The notes beneath the pieces were generated by a model. That model did not search any database and was not told where the DNA came from. It was given only the letters and a program-made list of their open reading frames with translations. Source: Catajapyx aquilonaris (lineage: Eukaryota). From it: a stretch of DNA of 62,513 bases. The stretch covers positions 1 to 62,513 of the forward strand of contig KZ538555.1 of the NCBI GenBank assembly GCA_000934665.2. The letters run 5' to 3'. Position numbers and translations under genes: made by a program. Below are positions 1 through 12,096 of the stretch, one piece after another. The stretch's first letter is position 1; each line of letters starts with the position of its first letter.

Positions 1-181
1 TCAACATGTCCGTAACCTGGCAACGCCCAGGATTACCAACACATAAACACATAAACACATAAACAGTCGCGACATTACTTTTGCGGTCAATAGTACATGG
101 TACTATGGTTGTATGGTAGGATATTTTTTTGACCTTTCAACATTTTAACTTCTTTAATGGAATCAAATAATACCTGTTACC

Positions 182-235
<54 letters not shown>
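182..235. repeat. (TTA)n microsatellite
   Basis: About 17 perfect TTA units. Confidence 0.95.
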
Positions 236-804
236 GTGATTATAATCAAGATTTTTCATTATTAATCAGTTGATTGTATTCATGATTATAATCATGCCAA
301 CGCTGATACAGAGGCCGGCGTTGAAGTGCACAGACGCCTGGCAGATGCTAATTGGCATTAACAAACACTATTTATTTTAAAACTATTAAATCATCTTTTG
401 CACTAATTTTAGGGTGGAATCTCTTGAGGTTGGGGGCAACTACGTATGCCGAAAATTTGCCGGTCAAGGTCTGATTTTTCTTTTGAAGTTTTTTTTTCAG
501 CGGCCGCAAAAAGATGATTTCATTCAAGTTAATCTGGTTAATCCGGTTTATTTATGCACGATTTTGTTGTCCAAATCTCGCGATTGTTTACGCGCGAGAA
601 AATGAAAAAAGCCACACAGAAATCACGTTACATAGTGTGAAAACGCTCTAGTTTCGCCAGCAGAATTTCTTAAAGCCACTGTCACAGCCTATGTGACGCC
701 CGTCTTATTAGGGTTAATTTACGTCATGGTTGGAGGATGCATGTGAAATGGAGGACAGATTTAGAAACCTAAGCCTGCAACTCTCTAGGGAAATGATATG
801 AGTA

Positions 805-1130
805 CAGTGCTGGACATAATAGCCGTCGCTGAATGTTTTTTTTTGGCGGCGGCGTTACCTGGCAACCCTGTCCGGCGGGCCAATTCAAACATCAGCCCAT
901 GGAGACTGCTTCCATTGTTGCCACTGTTTACAAATCGAACGAGTGACGCGGACGACCCAGCGACGGGTCTCTTCGGCCTGCGCACTCACTCACTCGATTT
1001 GTAAACAGTGGCAACAATGGAAGTGCTCTTCATGGGCTGATGTTTGAATTGGCCTGCCGGACGGGGTTGCCAGGGAACGCCGCCTCCGCCGGAAAAAAAC
1101 ATTCAGCGACGGCTACTATGTCCAGCACTG
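805..1130. mobile_element. Palindromic Tc1/mariner-type MITE
   Basis: TA|CAGTGCTGGACAT...ATGTCCAGCACTG|TA; arms complementary for more than 100 bp. Confidence 0.85.
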
Positions 1131-1355
1131 TACCAACAGCTTACTTATGAGGGGGAAGTAAGAAAGTGATTAAAGGAGGCATGGAATTGTTCCAACTTCT
1201 ACTTGTTCAGCAGGAGGCCAGATGTCTGGTATTGCTACAGTATGTGCGTGTTAAGAAGGTTGGCATTTGGTGGAACAAAGTGGAAGGTGCCAGGAAGAAG
1301 AGCTTATTCTCATACACTACAAGGTAGCCATTTACATCCATTCTGTTGAACTCAC

Positions 1356-1706
1356 CCATCCCATGCATCCCTTTAGGTGATGGTCTCCTGACCATAGGCT
1401 GGGGGCTATTTGGATTAATCCGCATCAGCTGTGGGTGAGACTGTGGTGGTGGGGCATGTGGATGGTGAGCTGGATGTGGCGGTGGTGCATGGGTTGTATG
1501 TGGAGGTGGGGGACCAGGGACGTAGCCCATTGGACCCCCTGCACCACTTGCGCCTCCTGCTGAACCAGAGGCACCTCCTGATGCCCCACCAGTGGCTCCT
1601 CCAGAAGGGAAGTCCAGCACTTGAGATAGGGCCACATCTTCCAGCACCACTGGGTCAGCCCCATGGTCATAAGGGCAGAGATCGCCACGCATGCAGTAGC
1701 CTTTTT
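1356..1706 (-). CDS. RBM26: RBM26/27 coding exon 7 (CCCH zinc finger plus Gly/Pro/His-rich); gene continues beyond the left edge
   Basis: Spliced RCRDYD/EKGYCMRGDLCPYDHGADPVVLED is the RBM26/27 CCCH finger; CAG acceptor, GTGAGT donor at 1355. Confidence 0.92.
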
Positions 1707-2032
1707 CTGTTGTAATGCAAAGCAATACTCACACACTGCAGAGTAGTAGTAATCTAAGTATTTCATTCAAAGTAGCCAACCAATATGAGGCCTACTCGCA
1801 CAAAATAGTCATCAGTGTATCAGTTCCTTAGGGACGCATCTTGAGAATTGGTGATGCAGACAACGTGCCTTACATCTCAAAACTCGAATGCCAGGACAGG
1901 CTTAACTGTCATTATAGACGATTTTGTGTGCATAGTAAATAAATCACCAAATTCTTCCATTTGTATTTCCTAAATGGAATTACAAATTCAGTTGCTTTTG
2001 ACCTACAGCTCAAGTAACGTCCTTGCTCTTAC

Positions 2033-2260
2033 CGTCATAGTCCCTGCACCTCTGCTTCTTGTTATGCTGTGGGTGGTATGGAGCAGATGAGGAGGATGAC
2101 ACAGCGCCACTGTCTGCTCCGGCGTTATTAACAGTGGTGTTGACTACACTGAGGATGCTCTGAGCCCTGTTGGTTAGGCGCATATCCACATCCCCATGGT
2201 TGCTATCCTGTGTCGGTGTCCCTGATCCAGACTTAGGCTCACGTTTCCCATCACGACGAT
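2033..2260 (-). CDS. RBM26: RBM26/27 coding exon 6
   Basis: RRDGKREPKSGSGTPTQDSNHGDVDMRL...KKQRCRDYD; TTCCAG acceptor, GTAAGA donor; starts the CCCH finger. Confidence 0.92.
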
Positions 2261-2488
2261 CTGGAATACAAAAGTGGTTCATAGTCCTTATGTCAATTAT
2301 TGCACTAGCCTCTGTCAAAGAACACAGATTCAGATGTCAGATGTGATGTTGGATGCAAACATTATATGCTAAACTAAATGATAATACTCCCATCATCTTG
2401 ATAACTAGGCTGGAGAGACCCACAACACCTATATGTAAAGCAATGCACTGGTGCTGGGATGTTCACCCTACCATCCGTTTATTTAATA

Positions 2489-3466
2489 CAGGCACTTGCG
2501 TTTGACTCGAAACAACTCCCAGGCAAATGATCCAAAAAATTAATGTTATATATTGTTGGAAAGCTCGTTTAAATCCACGTTACATTAATGTGACTTGGTT
2601 TCCTACCATCAGTGTGTAATTTTTTATCGCAAGAAGAAGACGGAAAGGTGTCATATTTTGACTAGTTGCCGACGTTACACAGCAAATTTTTTCTGACACT
2701 TTTCGGAGGCCAAAAAAATCCTCCTGTGAACCCTGGATAGTGCAAATCTTTTTCTATCTACTGTTATATTTGAAACTTAAAAATCGCCATTTGTGTAATC
2801 ACAATTAACTTAATTGCACACCTCTGTTATCTTGGCCGTTTCTCATCCAAATTACTTCGCGAATGTATGGATGGCAAGCCAGAAATGTGCGTGATAAAAT
2901 TAAACCGAACTACATTAAAACTACACTAAAATTTTCAAAAGGATTGGTTCATTAAGTTTAATAGGAGAGTACCCAGACCGCTTTCTGGCAGGAATACACA
3001 GTAATACTTTTAAATACTTTTAAAAATTTGAGTGTCATAGAGCATGGTTTCATTTTATCACGCACATTTCTGGCTTGCCGTCCATACATTTGCGAAGTAC
3101 GTAATTCGGATGAGAAACGACCGAGATAACAGAGGTATGCAATTAACTTAATTATGATTACAGAAATGGCAATTTCTGTTTCAAATATATAATTAGATAG
3201 ACAAAGACTTTCACTTTCCAGGGTTCACAGGAGGATTTTTTTGGCCTCCAAAAAGTGTCAGAAAAAATTAACTTTGTGGCGTAACGTCGGCAACTAGTCA
3301 AAATATGACACCTTTCTACCTTCTTGCGATAAAAAATTACACACTGATGGTAGGAAACAAACTCGCATATATGAATGTGGATTTAACCAAGCTTTCCATC
3401 GATATAAAACATTAATTTTTTGGATCATTTGCCTGGGAGATGTTTCGAGTCAAACACAGGGGCCTA
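2489..3466. mobile_element. Fold-back non-autonomous DNA transposon (about 400-bp arms)
   Basis: 2489-2900 is the reverse complement of about 3050-3466; an internal fragment of the same family recurs at about 4240-4472. Confidence 0.85.
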
Positions 3467-3689
3467 TAAAATGAGATAAACGAATAGTAGGCCTAGAACC
3501 ATGTTGGGTGACTATTCTAACATCCAGACCCTATATACAGGCTGTCCACAATGAACCTCCCTAGTTTCAACTTGCTAATATTACACAAATTACTGGACCA
3601 TCATCCTATCCATGATATCTTATGCATGGCCTGACCAGTCACCAGAGGATTCATTATACTGGTCGCACGAGACTTCCAGGTGTATTGTA

Positions 3690-5609
3690 CCTAGTCATCG
3701 CTGGCAACCCCATCTTGGGACAATGCCGCGATTGAATATATGAACGTACCAATAAAGTTCGCCTAGCACGAAAATCACCTGCATTTTAATAACTTATATG
3801 CTAATGAGCCACGTGGAACCGCAATGTTGGGGCAAGATATCAATGCATTTGTCAGTGAAACAAAAGGAACAGGACAGTATTTATTTAGCGCACTGGAGGC
3901 GGCAGAGTTCGCCCGGAGCGCTGGACGCGCCACAAAGTTTGCCTAGAAGCAGGTGACATCACCTTGGGCAGCAACGACGACCTCCACACAACACGACATT
4001 GTGTTTAATGAGCTCCGGCACTCGGCTGGAGTGATGCTGTCCCTAACCTCCCGTAGTTTTGCCCTCAAGGGATGCCTTGGTGCAAGGGTGTTTCCTCCAA
4101 AGTACCTTCTTCATAATTATCCAGTCTGTCTCAGTTGGATTGAGGTCCAGGCTGTTTGATGGCCACGTATGATGCCAATCTCCTTGTCTGCCAGCCCCTT
4201 GCTTCCGCTGTTTTGGCATGATGCAAATTCCTGTTGAATTCCTACCATCAGTGTGTAATTTTAATAAAATTTTAATAAAAGCATTTAAAAGTATTACTGT
4301 GTATTCCTGCCAGAAAGCGGTCTGGGTACTCTCCTATTAAACTTAATAAACCAATCCTTTTAAAGATTAGTTCGGTATAATTTTATCACGCACATTTCTG
4401 GCTTGCCATCCATACATTTGCGAAGTAATTTGGATGAGAAACGGCCAAGATAACAGAGGTGTGCAATTAAGTTGTCATCCGGATGTAAGGTTGCTATTCA
4501 GGGTACACACAGCAGATGGTCTCTCAAAATCTCCTGAAACATAGCTGTATCGATGGTGCCATTGATCGCGTGAAAGTTGCCAAGGCTGACACTACCCATG
4601 CATCCCCACACCGTAATATTGTGCGCATGTTTGGTGAAACATTGGGATTGTACACCTCTTCCTTTGTTTGCAGTACTCTATTGTGGATGTCCCTGTACTG
4701 ACTAATTCGTCGCGAAACATGACTAATTCCACATCTGATGTGCCCAATGGTTCCATTCCTTCTCCCAAGCAAGTCTTTTTATTGTTGCAGTGCCATCAAG
4801 AGTGGTTTCTTCTTGGCCTATGGTCAAGAGGGCAGGTCCTGATTTCATGAATTTCCCATAGTCTTTGAGAAGTTATGCATAAAAGTTCATCGTCATGTCA
4901 TGGATGTAGAGTCGGCAGGTTGTTGTGGGGACCACCTTTTGGGTCACCTCTGACCATTTTTAAATTGATGGTGGCTGCTCCTTTTGCCGATTTTGCAACA
5001 CATTTTTCTCAGCTCTTGGTTTTTCCTTGCTGCTGTTGCCTGGTGAAGTCCATAATAAGGTTTTTCTGGATGGTTCTTGTAGTTTTGTTACTTCATGTGA
5101 TGCCCCTTACCATGGAGCATGGCACATGCCCTTCTTGTGTAACCACATAAGCAGACTTTCCTTATTCTTCAGAGCTCTTCCGTATCACCTTGCGTACCTC
5201 GGGATGAATGGGCTTACCACCTTCCGTGATTGTTATTTTCAGATACCGAGTGCAATGAGTAATGGCATTGTGGCGCAGGGCAAGATACATGCACTTTTTT
5301 TTTTTCATCTGACACAACCACATCAGTCTGTATTTAACAGTGGGTGAACTTTGTGTGGCTTCTAGGGTCTAGCGCTCTGGGCGAACTCCATTGCCCCTGG
5401 CGCACGACATAAATAAGGTCCTATTCTACTTGTTCCACTGACAAATGTATTGATATTGCGCCCCAACATTGCTCTTCCATGTGGCTCATTAGCATATAAG
5501 TTGTGTGAATAAAACATGATACCTTCTCAAGTAATTCGTATTTGTAATATCGACATGCAGGTGATTTCCATGCTAAGTGAACATCATTGGTGTTGGGCAA
5601 GTATGTATG
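3690..5609 (-). mobile_element. Decayed Tc1-like transposon with long TIRs
   Basis: About 3700-3950 and 5345-5605 are inverted; minus-strand remnant WPSNSLDLNPTETDW (about 4120-4165); ends approximate. Confidence 0.7.
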
Positions 5610-5611
5610 TA

Positions 5612-6046
5612 CAGTACCCTGCATTAATGGCCATGCACATACATCGCCACCTGTCCGAGAACGAGTGGAATTATGCGTCGGTGGGCTACGTCCAAAATAC
5701 TTGATCAGCTCAACATATCGAGGTGGATAGGGGAGGCGGAGTGGTGCTGCAGTAACGTATGCGCCCACGAATAAGGTCCTGGGTTCGATCCCAGCCCGGG
5801 GACACCCCCTTCATCTCGTGCAGAGTTCAGGGTCACCTCTGGCTTCGTCTCCTACAGGCTAAACCACCCGGGGGAGTTCACTAAAAATGGCCACATAAAG
5901 ACATTGCACTGCACCTTGCACATCCCCTCCTGTCATCCTGCCCGTGGGCCCGGGCGCTTCAATAATTAGGTTCCAAATATGTACATCGTACAAATAAAGG
6001 TCCGTGCTATATGCCGAGAAGGCCAAGCACTACCCGGATATTATTA

Positions 6047-6098
<52 letters not shown>

Positions 6099-6402
6099 CG
6101 TGGTGGATTCAAACGCTTGCTACAAAGATGGATCACAGCCATGATCACAGCAGATCACAGATATATCTGTGGGATGAATTATAAGGCCATTGCGATTCCT
6201 ATCAATGTATTGAGGTTGTGAACCAGTTATTACACGGACCACGCGAATGTCTGTTAATCCACCGGGATATCTTGAGCCGTCTAGAGCGGTCTCGTGAGCA
6301 GTCTTGTTATCAAAGTTTTTTGGACACTGCCCACCAACGCCTAGTTCCGCTCAGTCACGCCAGGTGGCAATGTCTGTGCATAGCCATTAATGCAGGGTAC
6401 TG
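5612..6402. mobile_element. TA-flanked MITE carrying a SINE insertion
   Basis: TIR CAGTACCCTGCATTAATGGC.ATGCACA...CGCCACCTG at both ends. Confidence 0.8.
5729..6094 (+). mobile_element. tRNA-derived SINE family B with (TTA)n tail
   Basis: B box GGTTCGATCCC; TSD ATATCG(A/T)GGTGGAT at 5715 and 6095; homologous to 20256 and 50126 copies. Confidence 0.88.
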
Positions 6403-6404
6403 TA

Positions 6405-7224
6405 CAGGGGGTTGACAGAATAATATGGCCCCCTGCAAAAAGCAGATGAAATTTCGTGTCTGTTTTATTCGAAAACTGGAAGACTAGCTAAGATGACTTT
6501 TACCTAGTTTTGAAGCTCTATCGATGTACATTTTTCAGGTATGCATATGACGCAAAAATCACGAGAAGGGGAGAGAAACAAAAGACGAACGATATCCCCC
6601 CAGACCCCATTTTTGACCAAAGTGTCCCACCCTTTTTAATTGAAAATGAAAACAGTTACAGATATGAACTTTACTGGGTTTTGAAGCTCAATCGATATAA
6701 CTTTGTGGGGTATCGAGATGGACCAAAATTACCAACAGGGGGAGGGGGAAAATAAAAAATAGAAACGACACCCCCCTTCCCAGCCACTGCTTGAATGCAA
6801 ACAATTTAAAATTTTCGTCCCACTGCTAGTTAATGCTAACGTAGCCAGCTAACAGTGCCAAATATGGTACTGGTAAGTTAGTAGTAACTAGCAGTGGGAA
6901 GAAAATTCAACACAAACTTACTAATGTACGGAAAACGAGAGAATGATCTGACATCATTGTTTCTTCCATTGTTGCTTTTTGTTGACACTGTTTACTCATA
7001 TTGTTCTGTGAGGGTATTTCCATGGAAACCTTTATCATTCATCTTTTGTTTCTCTCCCCTTCTAGTGATTTTTGTGTCACCTGCATACCTCCACAAATGT
7101 ACATTGATAGAGCTTCAAAACTAGGTAAAAGACATCTTTGTACCTTTCCCAATTTTCAAATAAAACTGACGCGAAGTTTCAAAAGCTTTTTGCAGTGGCC
7201 CCCTATTATTCTGTCCAACCCCTG
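6405..7224. mobile_element. Tc1/mariner MITE
   Basis: TA|CAGGGGGTTGACAGAATAAT...ATTATTCTGTCCAACCCCTG|TA. Confidence 0.82.
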
Positions 7225-7264
7225 TATGCAAAGAAATGCTAATCTTACATAAAATTTGACCTAC

Positions 7265-7434
7265 CAAGTGATTTGCTCCTGGTGCGTGACCTTTCCCTCG
7301 AGTTTGTCCGAGACCTTCCTGAGCGTGGTGTCACTGAACGACTACGGTAGGCATTTCTTCCCCTGTGTCGAATTGGAGACCTCGAGCGATGTGATGAGGG
7401 GGACCTATGGGGTGACCGGGACCAACTTCTTCTG
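7265..7434 (-). CDS. RBM26: RBM26/27 coding exon 5 (RS-rich)
   Basis: RRSWSRSPHRSPSSHRSRSPIRHRGRNAYRSRSVTPRSGRSRTNSRERSRTRSKSL; CAG acceptor (tandem CAGCAG), GTAGGT donor, 170 nt. Confidence 0.88.
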
Positions 7435-7951
7435 CTGGTCAGTGGAAAAAATTAACACATATTCAAAATCACACTATGTTTTGAATGATCATAGATGATG
7501 GTAGGTACCTGGAATATCTTTAATTTCAATCTTTATGGCCTAATCAGATGGCAACTTATTTTTTGAGTCATATATTAAGCACCAATGCCTGGTTGCACCA
7601 TTTTAAACTGCCAGATGGCCTGGAAGTGAGAGCCCCTGGCCCCGGCAACCAGCAATGCAAGCATACTCGCTAGACATCATCAATGTTGAAGGTCAACATC
7701 TCCAAGATGGATCATTGGTGGCCATTAGGACCTGTCAGGCCTCTTCCACAAGCATTCCCTACCACCCGTATCATTTTGACATATTAATTCACATAAACCC
7801 TACATATACAGCCTAAATTGATGCCACTTCCTTTTCTGTCAGTCTTATTTGCAGGAATATCTCAGGAAACCCGATCTATTTTAGTGTATATCAGAGAGAA
7901 AAAGGCACTGTCACTTTTTTGATAAGAACAAGTGTGGAAGTGTATACTGAC

Positions 7952-8187
7952 CTCCTGGCTTCTCTGTCATATCTTCCCCGAAGTAAAGGTGGAGTCTTGT
8001 TCCTCCGTCGGTCCTCACCCCATCCACTCTTTCCTCCACTACCCCTGTCTCTTCCTCCTCCTCCTCTCTCTCTGCTCCTGGATCTCCTTGACCTTTCCCA
8101 TGATCGCGACCTGGTCCTTGACCGGGCCCTGCCACCATGGGGGCTGCGAGACTTGCGGCGTGAACGGTGGTCTTTCTCATCCTTGTC
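7952..8187 (-). CDS. RBM26: RBM26/27 coding exon 4 (RS/RD-rich)
   Basis: DKDEKDHRSRRKSRSPHGGRARSRTRSRSWERSRRSRSRERGG...; TAG acceptor, GTCAGT donor, 236 nt. Confidence 0.88.
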
Positions 8188-8460
8188 CTACATAACCACA
8201 AAACTCATTTTGAAAATAACTGCTAATATGAAATCTATACAGTGCCCATTCATCTGGAATGACTTATTATTGGGAAAAGAAGAGTTGATCTATTGTTTTT
8301 CTGCACTGTAGCGATGCAAGTGGGAGGGCTCCCGCCATGTTGGCAACGTTGCAAACAATGGCTGGGACAGAACGAAAGGTGTGTTGATACCCCTACCATG
8401 TGAACCTATCAGATGCATTTATGGCACTGTTATGTAGATGGGGGCCTATTTGACTTTCAA

Positions 8461-8683
8461 TGAGTACGTTTACATGAAACTAAAAATCGGCTTAGCTACG
8501 GCCGCCTATGCTTGGCGAACCGGTTTACTCCCAAGTAGCCGCTGGGCCTACGATAGACCGGCCTTATCTGAGCCATTGTCAGGCGCAGCCCAAGCCTTTT
8601 GGATCGGGTGGTCTACCTAAGGCGATGGCCTTGCTTAGGAAGCCTGGGTCAGGCCGATTTTTAGTTCCATGTAAACGTACTCA
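8461..8683. mobile_element. Harbinger-like MITE
   Basis: TIR TGAGTACGTTTACATG.AACTAAAAATCGGC at both ends. Confidence 0.75.
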
Positions 8684-10024
8684 CTGTTGCTATGCCTTGG
8701 CAAAGCCACAATAATGTTTGGTGGTAGGAGCTCACTGGGTCACTGTGTTCTGCAGGGTAGGGCTGTGCGGTTAACTGGTTCATTTTTAGACTATCGTATT
8801 AACCGGTGAGCCGGTTAATTTTTAATGAAATAACAGGTTGTTGCCCTAACCAGTTTGTCCTATTAACCCGTTAATGGATCTCGGTGATCCAATTTCAGAA
8901 TTACCTGTTTATTACCGTCAAAGGAGCGGTGTGGTACTGTGGTCTCACAGGTGAGCTTGCCGAATGGCTCATATTTTTAAGAATTAATAAAGAGTATGTG
9001 GCAAAGCCGTAAGCCAAGTTTGTAATGCGTTGTTTGTCGTTTTCATTTAGCACATTAAAGATTTCTCACTTGCTCTGATCTCGTGTGTTATTGACCAATT
9101 CTCCTATGTTGGAAAAAGAAGGAAACTACAAGGAATTTTCTAAACTGACACAGAAATGCGATAGCCTAAATCGCAACAAAATGGACATTTCCAAAAATTT
9201 CTCCTGAACCCAATTTTGGACCACAAAAATATAAATAAATAATTTGGTGTTATCACATAAGTAGCTGCTCATGTTAAAATTTTGAAACATATCTGAGATG
9301 TGAGAGCCCGGCTGAACATTAAAATCAGGTGGTCTGGCGTGGACTGACCCAGTACTAATATTGCTGTATTTAATGCTGACAGTGAGTATTTTGAACATTT
9401 TATTTTATTGCACACATGTAAAGGGAATATGAGAGGTCCCAGATTGAGAGTTGTCGTACCAAGGGCTCCTTTCCCTTTAATGAAAAGAACTGAAATCCAC
9501 CTACAGTATCGTAACAATGGTCAGAAGTACTCTGACCGTCAGAATACTTCAGGGAGTGCTGAGACCAACAATACGGGTACGGGACTGCATATATATAGAC
9601 AGACAGCCACAAGACACTAGGAAAAACAAAATAAACAAAAAGCATTTACTGTAGCATGATTGGACTCAGAAGTGTGCAGTGATGTGCTTATGCTTAGGCT
9701 GTTGTTATTTTCCAAACTTTTCGATCCAAAAATGTTCAAACCGGCGTTAATGTGAAATGGCATAAAATGAAGTGGTGTAAAACTAGTGGTTCCTGCATAG
9801 CCGTACTGTTACATTCCTAACATCCCAAAATTCTAGCGAAAAGGCCCTCTTCTCGTAAACAAGCATTCAAAACTGTTTCATCTCAATTGTTGTTTTGGCA
9901 ACTATTCTCTCCTAGCAACCGATTGTTAGCGACATTGTCAACATGTCGGGAACCCACCCACGTCGCTATGGTACAGATAAACCATAGATTTTCCGAATGG
10001 AGTACATGGGGTAATCAAACTCAC

Positions 10025-10521
10025 CAAATCTTGCTTCTTCCTACGAGACTCATCTCTCCCACTCCTCCCGTTTGCCACTGGAGTCTGATGGAGTGGGACT
10101 GTTATTGACTGCAAAGCCAGAGGTGGAGGAGACAGGGACTGAGGGCCTGGAGGACTGTGACTTGTTGAAGTGACAGCCGATGATGTAACTGAAGAAGATG
10201 CTGCAGCAGCAGCAGCTGCAGCAGCGAGAGCAGCAGGTGGCATCTGCTGGCCTACAGGCAACTGTAGGGGTAGATGTGGTAGAGTTTGGGGTGAAGCTGA
10301 GCTAGGTGCTGAGGATGTGGGAGCATTCGAGTTGGGTGCAGGGGAGCTTGGTGCAGTGGAACTTGCAGCTGAGCCTGGAGCTGTTGCTGCTGCTGCTGGA
10401 CTCAATGGCACACTGCTGGCAGGAAGGATGGGCTTGTCTGACTTTGTTGTGGATGGATTTACAACAACGTATTTCTTTGTCTCCATGGTTTGAAAAAGAA
10501 GGTTCACAAAACCTTTTGTCT
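10025..10521 (-). CDS. RBM26: RBM26/27 coding exon 3 (end of PWI plus Ala/Ser/Pro low-complexity region)
   Basis: ETKGFVNLLFQTMETKKY...RRKKQDL; TTTTCAG acceptor, GTGAGT donor, 497 nt. Confidence 0.9.
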
Positions 10522-11546
10522 CTGAAAATATAAAAGTAAACATTCAGCACACAACATTTACAATATACTGGGATTCACTATCAACTACAGTAAAACCGAG
10601 ACATAACTCTCTTCAAGGGACTGACCCAAAGTAGTGTTAATAAGCGGGAATTTGTTACATGCGATAAATGCGATTTAACTACCCTAATACTCGGGAAGTG
10701 AATATCTACCCTGTTGCTATTTATTATTGTAGATGGATGACTATAAGCCACATTTACCTGACCTGACCACATCCCTCGTGGATCCCAAAAATATCTCCTG
10801 AAGAACCCAAAACAATAGTGACTAACCAGGGTCATAGTTCACATACGCCGCCTCTCCGCAACGCTGACATGTTTAACACTTGGCAACAAGGCTCACCTCC
10901 TTACACCAACCCACTATGGCCCTCATACCTCCATGGGGTATGGAAAAAATGACCTGTTATTCATCGCTTGTTGTCAATTGCTCATTGCTCCCATACTGCC
11001 AGCCTGCTTTTGAGTCCATACACACACACACTCCCTCCCCACTTCCCCCATGGGTCTCAGGCCATAACCCCCCAGGACTCAGCAAGTCTATCAGCTCAGC
11101 ACAGCCTCCCCACCATTGCCACATCACTTGTCAGCCCCTCTTCTCCACCAGTCCGCCCCTTACAGCTTCTCTCCCCCCAAACCAAACCTCAGCTGGCATG
11201 GTGAACTTCAAGCCCCTTACTCATTATGAGCCTTCTGACGCTATATGTGAGATCAAGTTTCTCTGGGTCCAGGAAAACTAAGTGGTATGCGGGAAAGTGT
11301 TATAAGTGGGAAGATTTACTAATACTGGCCCTTATGGGGCTGATCAAGGGACAGGAAAAAATTGGCATTAACAATGGGGATAACATTACATCGAGGTTTC
11401 ACTGTCATTCATATTTGAAGTGAATGTTAGGCCATCCTTGGGATCATAAATACTTTGATTTGAATGAAAATAGTCGAGCGCGCTAATACTGTATCCAGGA
11501 TTTTTGGGCTGGATTCACGTTGGCGTAAGACCAACCTAACACCAAC

Positions 11547-11665
11547 CTTTCTGTAAAAACACCTCCAACTGCTCAATCATGCTTTCCCTCAGCTCAGCCT
11601 CTGGTTTATCCTTCTTAACAAGTGCAATCACATACTTGGCCAAAGCTGCAGGATCTGCATCACAC
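11547..11665 (-). CDS. RBM26: RBM26/27 coding exon 2 (PWI domain)
   Basis: CDADPAALAKYVIALVKKDKPEAELRESMIEQLEVFLQK; CAG acceptor, GTTGGT donor, 119 nt, phase-consistent. Confidence 0.95.
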
Positions 11666-11741
11666 CTGTAAATGAAAGTAAAAAAATTATGCGGCAGTTG
11701 TCCATGTCACAAACACAATGTCAGACAAATGTAATACTCAC

Positions 11742-11800
11742 AATGGACCCAAAATTGAAGCCAACCATGTCTTCAAAGCTTCCGGATTTTCTATCAACAT
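11742..11800 (-). CDS. RBM26: RBM26/27 (swm-like) RNA-binding protein, coding exon 1 (PWI domain start)
   Basis: ATG at 11800; MLIENPEALKTWLASILGP resembles the RBM26 N-terminus; GTGAGT donor at 11741 (phase 2); the exon probably extends as UTR to an acceptor at 11918-11920. Confidence 0.92.
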
Positions 11801-12096
11801 GGTTATGAATGTTCGATAATAAAAACCAACAACGCTAGTTTACTTTTCCAAGTAGTTTTGAAGTGACTAGTCAAGTATTGGTGTATGACACGCCAAAAGA
11901 TCACAGAGTCCTTAGCTCTGCAAAAGAGAAACAAAAAAAACACACATAATGGAAAGAAATGGTGAAGCTCTTTTACAGTAAAGTCCTAATTATATGACAC
12001 TCCTTATTTTTCAACAAAATTATTAGATGTACTACTTGAACTGGTTGATGTTATTCATTGTTTTGAATTTTGTAAGCAACCATTAATAACCAAGAT

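Noticed and set aside
2325..2400. Possible box C/D snoRNA in an RBM26 intron (minus: ATGATGG...CTGA, about 70 nt from the acceptor)
   Set aside because: Imperfect C box, weak terminal stem and no rRNA/snRNA guide that I could recognise; a snoscan or Rfam search would be needed
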